From: Acidobacteriota bacterium
GTDB lineage: Bacteria > Acidobacteriota > UBA6911 > RPQK01 > JAJDTT01
NCBI GenBank assembly: GCA_965263035.1
Contig: OZ253580.1
Coordinates: forward strand, 992,001-1,056,000
DNA: 64,000 nucleotides
Direction: 5' to 3'
The translations under genes and the position numbers were made by a program. Each line of letters opens with the position of its first letter. Position 1 is the stretch's first letter. The notes beneath the pieces are model-generated. The model worked only from the letters and a program-made list of their open reading frames with translations. It had not been told where the DNA came from and searched no databases. Shown one piece after another: positions 10,090 through 20,891 of this stretch.

Positions 10090-11475
10090 TTACATTACGA
10101 CCACTTCTCTCACTTTGATCGCCTTGCGCCGCCGGCCCTGGCCGTCCAGATGGCGGAAGTCCGAATACGCGACCAGGAAACGATCCGCACCGGTGATGAC
10201 GACGTCAGTGTTGCTGCAGCTGATTTTCCCGCTCAAGTCCCACCGATCCTCAGGGGACATCGCCAGCAGCTCCGCCTCGGCTGGCCCCACCAGGGAGAGA
10301 GCGCCGCTCCAAGTCCGGCCGCTGTCCGCCGAGGCCCGGACGTGCACTCCGGGTCGGCCGTAGACCACCGCCACCGCCCCGTTTTCCAGCCGGCGAAGAT
10401 GCGGAGTGACACTGAACGCAGCCAGCCGGCGGGGGGGCGTCCAGGTGCGGCCGCCATCGGAAGAGCGCGCCGCCGCCAGATAGTTACTGGCCCTGGGATC
10501 GCCACCCAGTTGCGTCCGCATGACGCACAGCAAGTCACCACTGGGCATGCGCTCGATCGATTGCTCACCACAGCCGTATCCGAAGGTCGCCAGGCCGGCC
10601 TGGTCGGCAATGGTCCCACGGACTTGCCAGCTTCGCCCTCCATCGCTCGAGGCCAGGCACTGAACCCGAAAAAATGTCCTTGCAAAGCGTGGATCTTGCG
10701 TCGAGTGGGCCCAGAGAAGAGTGCCGTCCGCCAGAGCCAGGACCACCTTGGGCCAGTCCGGCGGTCGGAAAATACTGCCAGTCTGATAATAAGGGCTGAC
10801 TCTCACCACTCGTGGCAAATCATGCCACTCCCCGGCGGCATCTTTCGCCTCGACCAGGACACCCAACAGCATGTCCGAAGGCTCAACGGTGCCGTACTCG
10901 TTTTGCCAGGGAGCGTCGCGTCCGGCACGTGCTGTCAGGGGAAATCGACGGATCCGCTGGGGGAGATCGGCGTAGCGATAGTAGGAGAAAACCTGGACAT
11001 CCCAGGCGTCTCGAAAGGTCATGACCGGGTTCAAACCCAGTTCGTCAAGGGAGATCTCTTCTCGATTCCGGTGACCGTAGCTGGAGTAATGATAGACGTA
11101 CTTCTCAGTACCGAAGGCGACCTGCTCTCCGGTCGGCAGCGTCACGATATCGGGCGAGAAATCAACTTGATCCTCGGGGATCGGCTGCCAGGACTGGCCC
11201 TCATCCCGGGAGACGAAAAGCTTTGTCGGCTGATGTACGCCGACTTCCGCATCTTCCCCCACGTTCATCGCCAAGTAGATCTGGCCGCCACGGCCCCGCC
11301 ACATATCGGGGAATTGGTAAAAACCCCAGCGCTTTTCGCCGGGCGGGCTCACGGCCACGATCACCGGCTCGCCGAGCGTCACTTCCGGAACGGCGGAAAC
11401 TCTTTCCGATTCCCCTGCGTCCTGCGTGCAACTGCCCAAAGCGCACAGGAGAATCAGGACACCCGTTTTTGCCAC
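10090..11475 (-). CDS. BNR/Asp-box lipoprotein (paralog of 26894-28348)
   Basis: GTG start inferred; lipobox LGSC; Asp boxes SRDEGQSW, SSDGGRSW, SSDGGRTW and SADSGRTW. Confidence 0.85.
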   Translation of the reverse strand: MAKTGVLILLCALGSCTQDAGESERVSAVPEVTLGEPVIVAVSPPGEKRWGFYQFPDMWRGRGGQIYLAMNVGEDAEVGVHQPTKLFVSRDEGQSWQPIPEDQVDFSPDIVTLPTGEQVAFGTEKYVYHYSSYGHRNREEISLDELGLNPVMTFRDAWDVQVFSYYRYADLPQRIRRFPLTARAGRDAPWQNEYGTVEPSDMLLGVLVEAKDAAGEWHDLPRVVRVSPYYQTGSIFRPPDWPKVVLALADGTLLWAHSTQDPRFARTFFRVQCLASSDGGRSWQVRGTIADQAGLATFGYGCGEQSIERMPSGDLLCVMRTQLGGDPRASNYLAAARSSDGGRTWTPPRRLAAFSVTPHLRRLENGAVAVVYGRPGVHVRASADSGRTWSGALSLVGPAEAELLAMSPEDRWDLSGKISCSNTDVVITGADRFLVAYSDFRHLDGQGRRRKAIKVREVVVM

Positions 11476-11678
11476 CTCTTTGCCCCTTGCTCCTCTGTAC
11501 TCGGTTTCCAACGCCGGAAGCGGTCCGCTCAACTCTTCTCTCCCATCCTCATCGGAGGGCCGGCAGGCCCACCCTCAGTCCGGCAATTCGGCAAAGCAGC
11601 TTCCCGCTTCTCGCACGCCAAGCGTGAGGGGCATCGGGTTTTCACCCGGGATAACCGTTCCATCGACGATTTCCAAGG

Positions 11679-11870
11679 CCTCGCGAATCGCCCGTTCGCG
11701 AACGCCCCCTGGGCAATCAGCCATCCCTTCTGATTCTAACCCTGTAAGGGTTGGGGCCTCTCCTTTCGGGGGGGTGCGCGATGGCGGCGTGGTTCTCGCG
11801 TCCCGCAGCACCTACAGGGATGGCTTCTCGATCCTTCCCCCTAGCCCAGGGTTCGGAAGCCCTGGGCTAT
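11679..11870. repeat. REP-like palindromic intergenic elements
   Basis: TCGCGAATCGCCCGTTCGCGAACGCCCCCT; AACCCT-GTA-AGGGTT; 10-bp perfect hairpin TAGCCCAGGG-N8-CCCTGGGCTA (11842-11869). Confidence 0.5.
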
Positions 11871-12079
11871 AAAACACAAACCCGTTGGGGTCGGCTTCCC
11901 TCCTTGATTCACAGCTCAAGGCGTCGGCACCACCTCCACCGATCTTCTCTCAGCGTCCCCAGACTTGCTCTTGGATTGCACAACTTGATCGGTTTGTGAA
12001 CTTTGCGCCGACCATGGAGCCCTGGATGTACCCGCGCCCATGGAGGCAGGGAAGGAAAAGCATGGGAGGCGATCCACCT

Positions 12080-13732
12080 TCAGGGGCGGGACGCCCACTG
12101 CGGCAAAGCCTTCACCTGAAACTCCTCCTCTGCCTCGACCTCCTGTCCCTTGATCCGGTCCCGGACCTGGACGGACAGCCGGAAGCGACCCGGTTTCAAA
12201 TCCTGCAGAGGGAGGCCCTTGATCAACACCAGCCGTTGCGGGGAGAAGAGCTGGATGGACTCACCCGCCTCGTCCACCCTCTCCAACAGCGTCTCCGCAC
12301 CGCGGGTGATCCTGTAGCTCGCCCGGATCAAGGGCTCCTGTGTGCTCTGGTCTACGCCCACGTTGTAGACCTGCAGATAGACGCCCAGGGGTCCCGGAGC
12401 CAGGAAGTCCCTGTCGAGCCGGGGCCGGATCTTCACGTCTCCGAGCACGAACATCTCATGCCTGGGGATCTCCTGTAGCGGCGAGATCTTGTCGGAGAGA
12501 ATCAGGGAGCTGGCCCTCAGATCCTCCCCTCCATAGCGTGGGGGGACGATGGCCTGACGCACCCATCCCATGCGCCCACTGTGCAGATCTTTGACCACCA
12601 AGTCCAATCGGTAGCGCATCTTCCCGTTCAGGGTCAGGATCTTCTGGTAGTTGGAACTGGACTCCAGTTTCCGGGGAAGGACCTCAGGACGGTAGGACTG
12701 GAAGAGCTCGTCATCGAACTCTTCCACAATTCGCTTGGTGATACTGGTGACGATTCCGTAGACCGCGATCCTGGCCACATGGGAGCCGTTTTCCTGAGCG
12801 AAGCTCAACTCCCGATTGTCCAGCTCCAGCGTGACCGGGACCAGAACCTGCTCGTCGTTGAGTTTAAAGCAGTCCTGCTGGAAGCGGACCGGAAGCGTCT
12901 GGTACCTTACCTTTATATCGACCAGTTCTTTCAGGTCCCGATACTTGATCTCCCGAGGAGCCTGGATCCTGGCATAGGTTTCGTAGCGGGCAAATGGACT
13001 GTCCTTGGCCCGGCGCGTCATCAGAGGATAGGACTCGCGGTTGCCCGGAGAGAAGAACGGACGCTGGGCCTTGGTGGTCAGTCCCAGTTCCTCGGCCACC
13101 GTCAGACCGGCGCCGGGCACGCGCAGAAGGGCGTCCTTCTCTTCGGGATAAAGGCTGAGCCGATACTCGCCGGTGAGGGTGACATCAACGAACTCCAGCT
13201 CCAGGTCCTGTCCCAGGCCCGGGATGTGCAGGTAGCGCCAGACTTCGTAGGGAAAGGTGTTGGTGGAGCCCCCTCCTTCGTGCATGGGACGGCGGTACAT
13301 GCCCCCGGAGGGGTGGGACTCCACGTCGTCCGGCGCGCCGTGGATCACGTAGATCCGCCCCCGGTCCGTCTGCCAACCCGGCCTGCCGCTGCCGAACCTC
13401 TCGTTGACGAAGGCGAGGCGCCGGTAGTGCTCTTCCTTGACCTCGTTGGCGCTCGTTCTCATGTCCGGGTCCCGCCGGTACCAGAACTGCTGGATGAACT
13501 TCTCCTTCTCCTCGGGTGTGGTCAGACGCTGGAAGACATCCCTCTCCTCTTCCGTGATGATGTAGACCACGTCTTCCCTGAGCCATTTTCGGAAATAATC
13601 TTCTCTTTCCTCCCGCCGGGCGGCTTCCTCCCCCTCCTGGACCAGCGTGCGTCCCCAGGACGGGACGGCAGCCAGCCAGAAGACGGACACAGCAGCAACC
13701 AGCAGGAAGTTAGAGAGAGGCTTCGTCGCCAT
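12080..13732 (-). CDS. GWxTD domain-containing protein
   Basis: KWLREDVVYIIT, FWYRRDP, EEHYRR and GWQTDRGRIYVIHG; signal peptide after MATKP. Confidence 0.93.
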   Translation of the reverse strand: MATKPLSNFLLVAAVSVFWLAAVPSWGRTLVQEGEEAARREEREDYFRKWLREDVVYIITEEERDVFQRLTTPEEKEKFIQQFWYRRDPDMRTSANEVKEEHYRRLAFVNERFGSGRPGWQTDRGRIYVIHGAPDDVESHPSGGMYRRPMHEGGGSTNTFPYEVWRYLHIPGLGQDLELEFVDVTLTGEYRLSLYPEEKDALLRVPGAGLTVAEELGLTTKAQRPFFSPGNRESYPLMTRRAKDSPFARYETYARIQAPREIKYRDLKELVDIKVRYQTLPVRFQQDCFKLNDEQVLVPVTLELDNRELSFAQENGSHVARIAVYGIVTSITKRIVEEFDDELFQSYRPEVLPRKLESSSNYQKILTLNGKMRYRLDLVVKDLHSGRMGWVRQAIVPPRYGGEDLRASSLILSDKISPLQEIPRHEMFVLGDVKIRPRLDRDFLAPGPLGVYLQVYNVGVDQSTQEPLIRASYRITRGAETLLERVDEAGESIQLFSPQRLVLIKGLPLQDLKPGRFRLSVQVRDRIKGQEVEAEEEFQVKALPQWASRP

Positions 13733-13839
13733 TCTTCCTCCCACAAGAAGAGATCCGAGATGTGGGAATCGAGTTGTGGACATCTTACCCCAGTGGGGAG
13801 TCCATGTCACCGTGAACCGTCGTCCGGAAGCGGCGGCGG

Positions 13840-14838
13840 TTACCCCTCCTGGCTCAGGTCGATCGGATTGGACCAGGCACGGCCGTCCTCGCCATCCCAC
13901 AGCTCGACCCTGACGTAACAGCCTACGACTCGAGGCCGCTGCCAGTAGCCCCGATCCAAAAATCGCTCGGTCATCTCTGCAACCTTGCCGGGAGTGGCCA
14001 GGGCCGAAAGCGGTGCCCGGGCCTCCTTGAGGTAGCCACCCGACGGCGCCACCCGACGGACACCCAGCCAGGGTGATGAGGCGAACCAGACCGAACGAAC
14101 GGGCGTGGTCTTCACCCGGATCTCGCCGTCCCCTACTGTGATCTCCTCGATTCGAGGTCCCGTCGTGGAGTAGAAGCGGCCCTGCCGGATGGCCTCCAAG
14201 ATTTCGGCGGAAGTCCGAGTCCGAGCCCAGACCATGATCCAGGCTTCCGCCTGATCACGGAAAGGCTGCCGGCCCAGGGGAGCAAAGGTCAGCTCGGGAC
14301 GGACTCCGCTGTGGCGATCGTCACTGGCCACGCCCCAGAGCTTACGCCCCCCGGCCAGCAATTCGTCCCACTGGGCTGTGGAATCTCCACGGCGCCCGTT
14401 CCAGTGGTTAGGTGCATTGAAGATCTCGATTCCCACGAGACCACTCAATCGGGAGATGGCGGCGGAAGAAACACCACTGAGGGAGGGATGGGAGAGGAAG
14501 GGGACTCCACCTTGCTGCAGCACTTCATCGATGACTCGCTGCGGGCTTGCCATTTGGCTCGCCATCCGGCGGATTCCCAGGGCCAGGACCTCGGCCGGAA
14601 AGGTCTCCTGCCATGAGACCCCGATCTCGGCACCCGGCAGGACGAGGATCTCGCGGGATGGGTGCCCGCTGACATCGGTGACCAAGTTGTGGTCGGTGAC
14701 GAAAAGGAAATCATACTCCTGGCGAGCGTACCACTCCGCCAGTTCGCTTAGGCTGAAGAGACCGTCCGAATTGGTGGTGTGACTGTGGACGTTGCCCCGG
14801 TACCACTGGCCTGAGCCCTCAATTAGATGAATCGGCAT
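13840..14838 (-). CDS. PHP-fold CehA/McbA-like metallohydrolase
   Basis: WYRGNVHSHTTNSDG, VTDHN, SHP, ASDDRH, GRFYSTTGP and AWSNPI. Confidence 0.85.
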   Translation of the reverse strand: MPIHLIEGSGQWYRGNVHSHTTNSDGLFSLSELAEWYARQEYDFLFVTDHNLVTDVSGHPSREILVLPGAEIGVSWQETFPAEVLALGIRRMASQMASPQRVIDEVLQQGGVPFLSHPSLSGVSSAAISRLSGLVGIEIFNAPNHWNGRRGDSTAQWDELLAGGRKLWGVASDDRHSGVRPELTFAPLGRQPFRDQAEAWIMVWARTRTSAEILEAIRQGRFYSTTGPRIEEITVGDGEIRVKTTPVRSVWFASSPWLGVRRVAPSGGYLKEARAPLSALATPGKVAEMTERFLDRGYWQRPRVVGCYVRVELWDGEDGRAWSNPIDLSQEG

Positions 14839-15397
14839 TTCCTAAAACCACCTGCTTCCGAGCTGCCAACCCTTCCCGGCTTGACTTGGTTTCTCAGGCG
14901 CAACCTCCTCCGAGATGGTCCGGCCTAACGCTGCGGGCTCAACCCGCCGCCACCTTCTGAGGCCTCTTCCCGGGTCGGCGGCAGGTGGGGATGTTGCTGC
15001 TGCAAAGGATTATTTACTATTGAGGACGCGCGGCACAAGTGGCGGGGCGCGGTTGAGGTGGCCTCCAGCGCCGGTGGGTACAGGGCCGGGCCCACCCCGC
15101 TGCCCGTAGCTGAGCAAAACAGCTACCGGTCTGCTTGGCGGGCCTGGTTGTGGCCGCCATGTCCAGTCTCGATTCCGGCATCAACTCCATCTCCAACGTC
15201 TTCATCGTGGATTTTCTGGGCCGCTACCGGAAGCGCCCTCCCAGCCAGCGTCACGAAGTCTCCACGGATCGCTAAGCGAGCGCCCGGAGCGGGCAAGATT
15301 TTGCTCTCCGTGAGTGCAACTGGCTGGACAATCGTCGCCTGCAGTCCCCCTCCGAAAAGCCTGCAACCTGCGACGTGCAACTCTTCCAAGTTTCAGC

Positions 15398-16543
15398 TCA
15401 GTCCCCTTCCAGCCTCAACCGACAGTACCGCGCATGGGTGTCGCCGGACTGCGTGCACCAGAAGCTGGCCATAAGCTCATTCGCGGTCAGGCCGATGATC
15501 TGGGGAGCCCCGTAGGCGATGACGTCATGACTGCTGGGATATCGGTCGGTCCGGGGAACGCCCAGCGCCTCCTTGCCGTAGGCGTCCCAGACCACCACCG
15601 GATCCTGGCTCCAGGTCTCTCCCCCATCCTCGGAGAAGATGAGCTTGATGCCGGGTTGGTCCGTGTTCTCCCGGTGAGAATAGACCAAAACCAGCCGACC
15701 CGCGCCCATCTCTACCAGCCCACTGGTCTGTCCCAGGATTTTCGACGCTCGAGGACGGCTCCAGTTCCGCCCCGACGCGTCCAGCGAGGTCACGAAATGG
15801 AGATCGAAGAACTGGGTCATTTGCAGGTTTCCGGTCCAGAGAGAGCCCAACAGCCGCCCATTGGACAAGCGGATGAAGCTCCCGTGGGAATAGGAGCGGT
15901 CTACGGCGGTCCCATCGGCCACGTCCACCCAGTCGCCCCAACTCTTTCCGGCGTCGCTGGAGAAAAGGGCGAAGGTCTTATTCAGGTGAGGGCCGGCATT
16001 GTCGTAGGACTTCCAGGTCTCGAAGATCTGCATCCAGTTCCCGTCTTCCAGTTCGATGGCGGGACCGTCGGCCGCCGGCTCCAGTCCGGAAGGCAGGGAC
16101 GGCAAGCTGGCCGGCGGCGCGTCGGACCAGGTCCTGCCCCCGTCGAAGGAGCGGAGATAGAGGGTTTGGCAGTGGCTGATGCCACCAGTTTCCTGGTTGA
16201 AATAGAAATGGTCCGGGTCGGAATGCTCCGCTCGATTCACCTTCATCACCAAGCTGCCGTCGTGGAGCGCCGTGATCTGGGCGCCCCGGTAATTGTAGTG
16301 GCTGTCGTCGCGGGAGCCGTCGCGAATGGGACCCTCGTGGTCCCACGTCTTTCCTCCGTCGCTCGACCGGAGCTGGTGAATCATCCCGTCGCGGGAGTAC
16401 ATGGCCTGGCCATGCCGGAAGACGCAGATCAATTCCTCCCCCGAGAGCGGCTGCACGAAAGGAGCGTAGGCGATGACGGCTCGGTGACCCGGATGGGGGT
16501 TACGGTACAGGACACCTTGATCCAAGATTCTGAGAGCATTCAT
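15398..16543 (-). CDS. BNR/Asp-box (sialidase-like) protein with no obvious signal peptide
   Basis: Asp boxes SSDGGKTW, SFDGGRTW, SSDAGKSW and SEDGGETW. Confidence 0.85.
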   Translation of the reverse strand: MNALRILDQGVLYRNPHPGHRAVIAYAPFVQPLSGEELICVFRHGQAMYSRDGMIHQLRSSDGGKTWDHEGPIRDGSRDDSHYNYRGAQITALHDGSLVMKVNRAEHSDPDHFYFNQETGGISHCQTLYLRSFDGGRTWSDAPPASLPSLPSGLEPAADGPAIELEDGNWMQIFETWKSYDNAGPHLNKTFALFSSDAGKSWGDWVDVADGTAVDRSYSHGSFIRLSNGRLLGSLWTGNLQMTQFFDLHFVTSLDASGRNWSRPRASKILGQTSGLVEMGAGRLVLVYSHRENTDQPGIKLIFSEDGGETWSQDPVVVWDAYGKEALGVPRTDRYPSSHDVIAYGAPQIIGLTANELMASFWCTQSGDTHARYCRLRLEGD

Positions 16544-16643
16544 GGTGGTCTTAATTACCTCATCTTGATCTCGCCGTTACTGGCCGGGGAACCCTTCGCC
16601 GGCCAGTACCGGGTTTGTGAGTAGGCGGTCAGGGGATATGACA

Positions 16644-18497
16644 TCAACTGTAGCCGATTCGGATACGAACATCTACGATCTGTACGGGCATGGTGGGGTC
16701 ACCCTGCATGGGAGGCTCGACACTCACCCGAAGCGTGTTCGTGCCCTTTTTCAAGTTCTGCGGATCGATCTTGAATTCAACCCAGCCTGCTTCATCTACC
16801 CAACCGATGCCGTACCCTCCGTAGCGTTTGACGTTCGCTTCTGCGGGCTCGGAAAGGGAGATCCCGTTGAGCTCCCACTTGAATCGCCGGGGGTCCGTTC
16901 CCTCGGCCCGCTCAAGGTCCCAACTCGCAATGGCCGGAGGGCGCGTCGAATCGGCGGTACTGTATTGGGCTTGCACAAAAACTTCCGACGCGCGGGTTGG
17001 ATCATCGGCGATCTTCAACTGGAAGGCGGCGTCTGCCGGACCCGACTGGGTGGTAAAAGCCCGGGGGAGCTGGCTGGCCAAGCACCCGTCGGCCAGGCAG
17101 CCGAGCCGGGCGTAGCCGGGGTCAATCCGGTAGAGCTTGTTCCGCCGGACCAATGCTTTCGAGTCTTCTATCGAAGGCATCCTGCCGTAATCTGCGGGGT
17201 TGGTGGGGCCGTGGTGAGTGTGCCAGTCATAGAGACAGATGCCGTCGGCCCCCGCCTCCCAGAAGCGGTAGCTGGCGGCGTCAACGGCTTCGTAGTTGGA
17301 AGCCAAGCCTCCTTCCATTTCAGGGTCCCGAACGTCCCACTTGGGCCGTCCGGTCTGAAATGGTACGTAAATGCGATCCAGACATCCGTAAACAGGGATG
17401 TCATAGCGGTGGCCCAGGGCGACCCATTCTTCGATTGGTATCGTGAACGGCATCCCGCCGGAGCCAGCCAGCAGAAGATCGATCCACCCTTTCCGAGCCC
17501 ACGTCTCCGGGTCCAAACCCAGAGACAGCGAAAGCTCCAGCGAATCGGGCGTGCGCCCGCTGGCTAACAAGACGGGTCGGCCGCGCCGTTCTCCATAGTA
17601 ATCCAGACGCTGGCGCACCTGGTGGACAAAGTCATTCATCACGGAAACATTGCGCCGTTCCTGCCCTACCTTGAAGAAACCGTAATGACGGGCCCAGTCC
17701 AATTCCACACCGTCCAGGTCATAGCGCTCGCAGGCGCCTTCAATCACTCGCAGGTAACGGGCCCTGACTTCGGCACGAGCCCAATCATAACCGCCCCAGA
17801 ACCACAGATCGCGCGAAGCCACGCCCTCTCGTTGAAAAACGTCCTTCAGAGGGTGCACTGCTTCCGATTGCCTGAGAAGCTGCCGCTCCTTCTCGGGGTC
17901 ATACAGCTTCGTCTTCCAACGCTGTTCCTCGATGGGCATGAATCGATTCAGCCAGGGGACAATCTTTTCCTCCCAGTGGGTTCGTGAGATATAGCCAAGT
18001 AAGAGCTCAGGATTGGCCAACTTGAAGGAGGACCAGTATCCGGCTTTCGGAGCGTAGCGCGAGCAGTGCACATCGTTCATGCGTATGGAGTAAAAGAACT
18101 CCTTCTGATGTTTACGGGCGAAGTCGACTACATGCTGGACCGGATTCGGCCCCAGCACTTCAATGTATTTTTTCGGGAACTCCCAATCCGGCTCATTAGT
18201 GTGGGCGCAATAGAGGATGGTCTCGACGGACGTGCCTTGCAGGAATCCTAAAGTACCGCCCCAGAACTGCTCGACCGATTCCAGCGGAATGGGCCATTTT
18301 CCGCCAGCGTAAGCAATGGACTGGATGTCACTGCCATCGTTGTTCCAGATGATAGGGCGCCTTTGCTGTCTCGCCTTCGTTCTCTTGCGAACGATCTCCG
18401 GCTGCAAAAATCGACTCCCTCGAGCTCCCGGTAAAGGCGTAGAGGCCCAAAGACCAACCCCCCCGATTCCCTTCAGAAAGGCCCTTCGATTTTTCAT
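16644..18497 (-). CDS. Tat-exported glycoside-hydrolase-like TIM barrel (GHL10-like)
   Basis: NRRAFLK Tat motif; IIWNNDG, SIRMNDVH, RYDLDGVELDW and GADGICLY. Confidence 0.65.
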   Translation of the reverse strand: MKNRRAFLKGIGGVGLWASTPLPGARGSRFLQPEIVRKRTKARQQRRPIIWNNDGSDIQSIAYAGGKWPIPLESVEQFWGGTLGFLQGTSVETILYCAHTNEPDWEFPKKYIEVLGPNPVQHVVDFARKHQKEFFYSIRMNDVHCSRYAPKAGYWSSFKLANPELLLGYISRTHWEEKIVPWLNRFMPIEEQRWKTKLYDPEKERQLLRQSEAVHPLKDVFQREGVASRDLWFWGGYDWARAEVRARYLRVIEGACERYDLDGVELDWARHYGFFKVGQERRNVSVMNDFVHQVRQRLDYYGERRGRPVLLASGRTPDSLELSLSLGLDPETWARKGWIDLLLAGSGGMPFTIPIEEWVALGHRYDIPVYGCLDRIYVPFQTGRPKWDVRDPEMEGGLASNYEAVDAASYRFWEAGADGICLYDWHTHHGPTNPADYGRMPSIEDSKALVRRNKLYRIDPGYARLGCLADGCLASQLPRAFTTQSGPADAAFQLKIADDPTRASEVFVQAQYSTADSTRPPAIASWDLERAEGTDPRRFKWELNGISLSEPAEANVKRYGGYGIGWVDEAGWVEFKIDPQNLKKGTNTLRVSVEPPMQGDPTMPVQIVDVRIRIGYS

Positions 18498-19215
18498 CCT
18501 TACCTCCCTTTCCTAGATCTTCGACATTAGGCCGTAATTTCTTACGCGGGGAGCGCGATAATCACGCAAGAATTTCTCCTTAATACCACCGCGTGCGCGC
18601 GACCGAAAACGTAGCGGGGACTCCGTGTAAGGGACACATTCGCGCTGAAGGTGAGCATGACCAGCGAGGGCGCGGCCAGCGCGGTCTGCACCCGGGTGTC
18701 ATTCGCAAACAATTGTAAGTGTCTGAAGAGCAGGTCATTTTCGCCATATGCTCAGCGACCCGGTGAGTAATTCGGGTAAGGGCGCTTCAGCTTCCCCTCT
18801 GGCTGCAGCATCGAGGAATGAGCGAATCTGTTCCAATGATACGCCGTCGTCGATATTCTGGCACTCGGGCCCGGTGGGCGGTCAGCAATTTGGTCAATTC
18901 AGGATGCGCCACGGTGTGGGAGCCTTCCTCACAGCCAGCACCCGTCAAGTCTACGACCCGCCGCCAGCCAACGTCGGAGTTGCCACTCGCGCTCACTTGA
19001 CTCTATGCAAATGTCCGAACGGTCGATCCCGGGCCTGTCCCAGTACTGTCTTGAAGCAACGAATCCGCTTCAGAACGATTTATTGTGAGGCAACTCGGCC
19101 CATTCTTTCTTCCAAGTCCGACCAGCATAATTTCCCACAGCTATGACGATCTGACTTCCTTTTTTGTCCGAGCCTCGATCCTTCCGGCGATGGCAATTCC
19201 CCCGAGCCTGGAGGG

Positions 19216-19813
19216 GGGCTGTCCCGTTGTTCGACAACCTGGGTACCCATCACCACCCTGTCCCCACGACATCACCCATGGCGCAACGCCATTTTGACCA
19301 GGGCCGCTGTCTCTATCACGCCTTCAATAGCGTCGAAGCTCTCCGGTCATTGCAGCAGGCGGCTCGGTTGGACCCGAGTTCTGCCATGGCCTATTGGGGT
19401 ATCGCCTTGGCCCTGGGCCCAACTATCAATATGCCCCTGACTCGGCAGGGAGATGTTGTCGCCTACCGGGCGATCCGGTTGGCAAAATCGGTTTCAAGCG
19501 CTGCCAGACGGGACAGGATGGAGGAAGCGATCCACCACCTTAAAGAGGCGGTTCGGTATGATGAGCCTCCGGCGTGGTATTTCCCCTGCGCCAAGCCTTG
19601 GGGGCAGTTCTTCTGGTGGCCGGCCGCGCGAAGGATGCAGAGCAGGTTTACCGGGACGATCTTGGGAAGCATCCCCGCAATGGCTGGTCTCTGTTTGGAC
19701 TGAAAGAGTGCCTGCGAGTCCAACAAAAGGATGAGGAAGCCGCCGTAGTGGAAGTGAAGTTCTGCAGGGCCTGGGCTTGCGCCGATGTGACGATTGAGGC
19801 ATCGCGATTCTGA
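19216..19813 (+). pseudogene. Truncated and frameshifted TPR protein
   Basis: N-terminal LFDNLGTHHHPV..FDQG..AMAYWGIALALGP is fused through an internal deletion to YDEPPAWYF. A frameshift near 19585 leads into PLRQALGAVLL..RNGWSLFGL. Confidence 0.7.
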
Positions 19814-20024
19814 AGTCTTCGTCTCATCCTCCAAAAAATCCGCTCGCACCCAGAGAGATCTTGCGCCGTCTATTTCGACTCCAAAAGGGATGAATGCTGA
19901 GATGAGACATCCCTCCCTGTATGCCCTGCGCGATCTCTAAACGATGCAACGCAAGAAGATCCGGACGACAGCGGTGGAAACTGAATTCTGCTATAAATAA
20001 TCACATGGATAGAGGACGTAATCG

Positions 20025-20804
20025 ATGCCCCGATATTTGCAAATCTTTTTCATCACGGTCATGACTGCAACCTGGCTGGCTGGTGAGGTGATCTACCGTG
20101 AAACCTTTGACCAAGGGAACGGCTCCACGGGACCTCAGCAAGGTTGGACGGTGGGCAAGAATACGGAAATCAACCGAGGGCCTGAGACTTGGCACAAAAA
20201 CATTTTGGGGTACATGGGTTGGGGAGCGCCGCTGGAATGGATCCCGCAGGGGGGCCGATCAGGAGGCTATGCTACCTCCTCATCACCCTGGTACTTCGAC
20301 GATAACCACGGAGAATTCTATTGGTTTCATATCGTCCTCCGGGTTCGGCAAACAGGAGATATCGGGATTCAGGGCAGAGATCTTCGTAACGCCCGGGTAG
20401 AGCTCTCGCTAAGGGGGCGCGACTTGGCCCTAAACGACTTGAAACTGTATTTTTGGATTCAGGGAGAGGGCGGACGCAGTGGCTACTATACGAAGCCCGC
20501 CTTGGTGAACTGGGCCCTGACATCCGAGCCTCTGGAGGATGCCCTCCGCGATGGTCAATGGAACGACGTTTCCTTTCAGCTGACCCCCGACGAATCTCGA
20601 TGGAGCCAATTGGGTTTGATCAATGGAGGTCTGGCCAAGAAGATCCGGGTCATTCAGAGTCGAACCATGGCGGACGGATTTCTCGAAGGGATCCTCGCCG
20701 GCAAGCACTGGAACTTTGGCTTTCTGCTCTGCGGAGTCGATCCTCGAGACCTCCCGCAGGGCAAGATTGACATTGACGAGTTTAGAATCGTCTCACCCGA
20801 GTAG
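20025..20804 (+). CDS. Secreted hypothetical protein, SPWYFDDNHG family, copy 1
   Basis: AGAGGA RBS, signal peptide, conserved blocks shared with the genes at 25122 and 25948. Confidence 0.85.
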   Translation: MPRYLQIFFITVMTATWLAGEVIYRETFDQGNGSTGPQQGWTVGKNTEINRGPETWHKNILGYMGWGAPLEWIPQGGRSGGYATSSSPWYFDDNHGEFYWFHIVLRVRQTGDIGIQGRDLRNARVELSLRGRDLALNDLKLYFWIQGEGGRSGYYTKPALVNWALTSEPLEDALRDGQWNDVSFQLTPDESRWSQLGLINGGLAKKIRVIQSRTMADGFLEGILAGKHWNFGFLLCGVDPRDLPQGKIDIDEFRIVSPE

Positions 20805-20891
20805 AGTCCGTCCAGGACTCAGTGGAGCCTGAGGAACCGGCCGCGTCGACCAATTGGGCCTCCCCCATGGTCAATGCGAGCTCTTCTTTCG

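Noticed and set aside
10075-13918. Long plus-strand ORFs (552 aa, 445 aa)
   Set aside because: Antisense shadows of the BNR and GWxTD genes, typical of high-GC DNA. The same applies to most other long overlapping ORFs.
14860-15390. Possible small gene or relic (15123-15389, minus strand)
   Set aside because: No recognisable family or clear RBS; cannot be supported.
18540-19160. Possible degraded gene or ncRNA in a long intergenic gap
   Set aside because: Only short protein-like fragments in mixed frames and no convincing structure.
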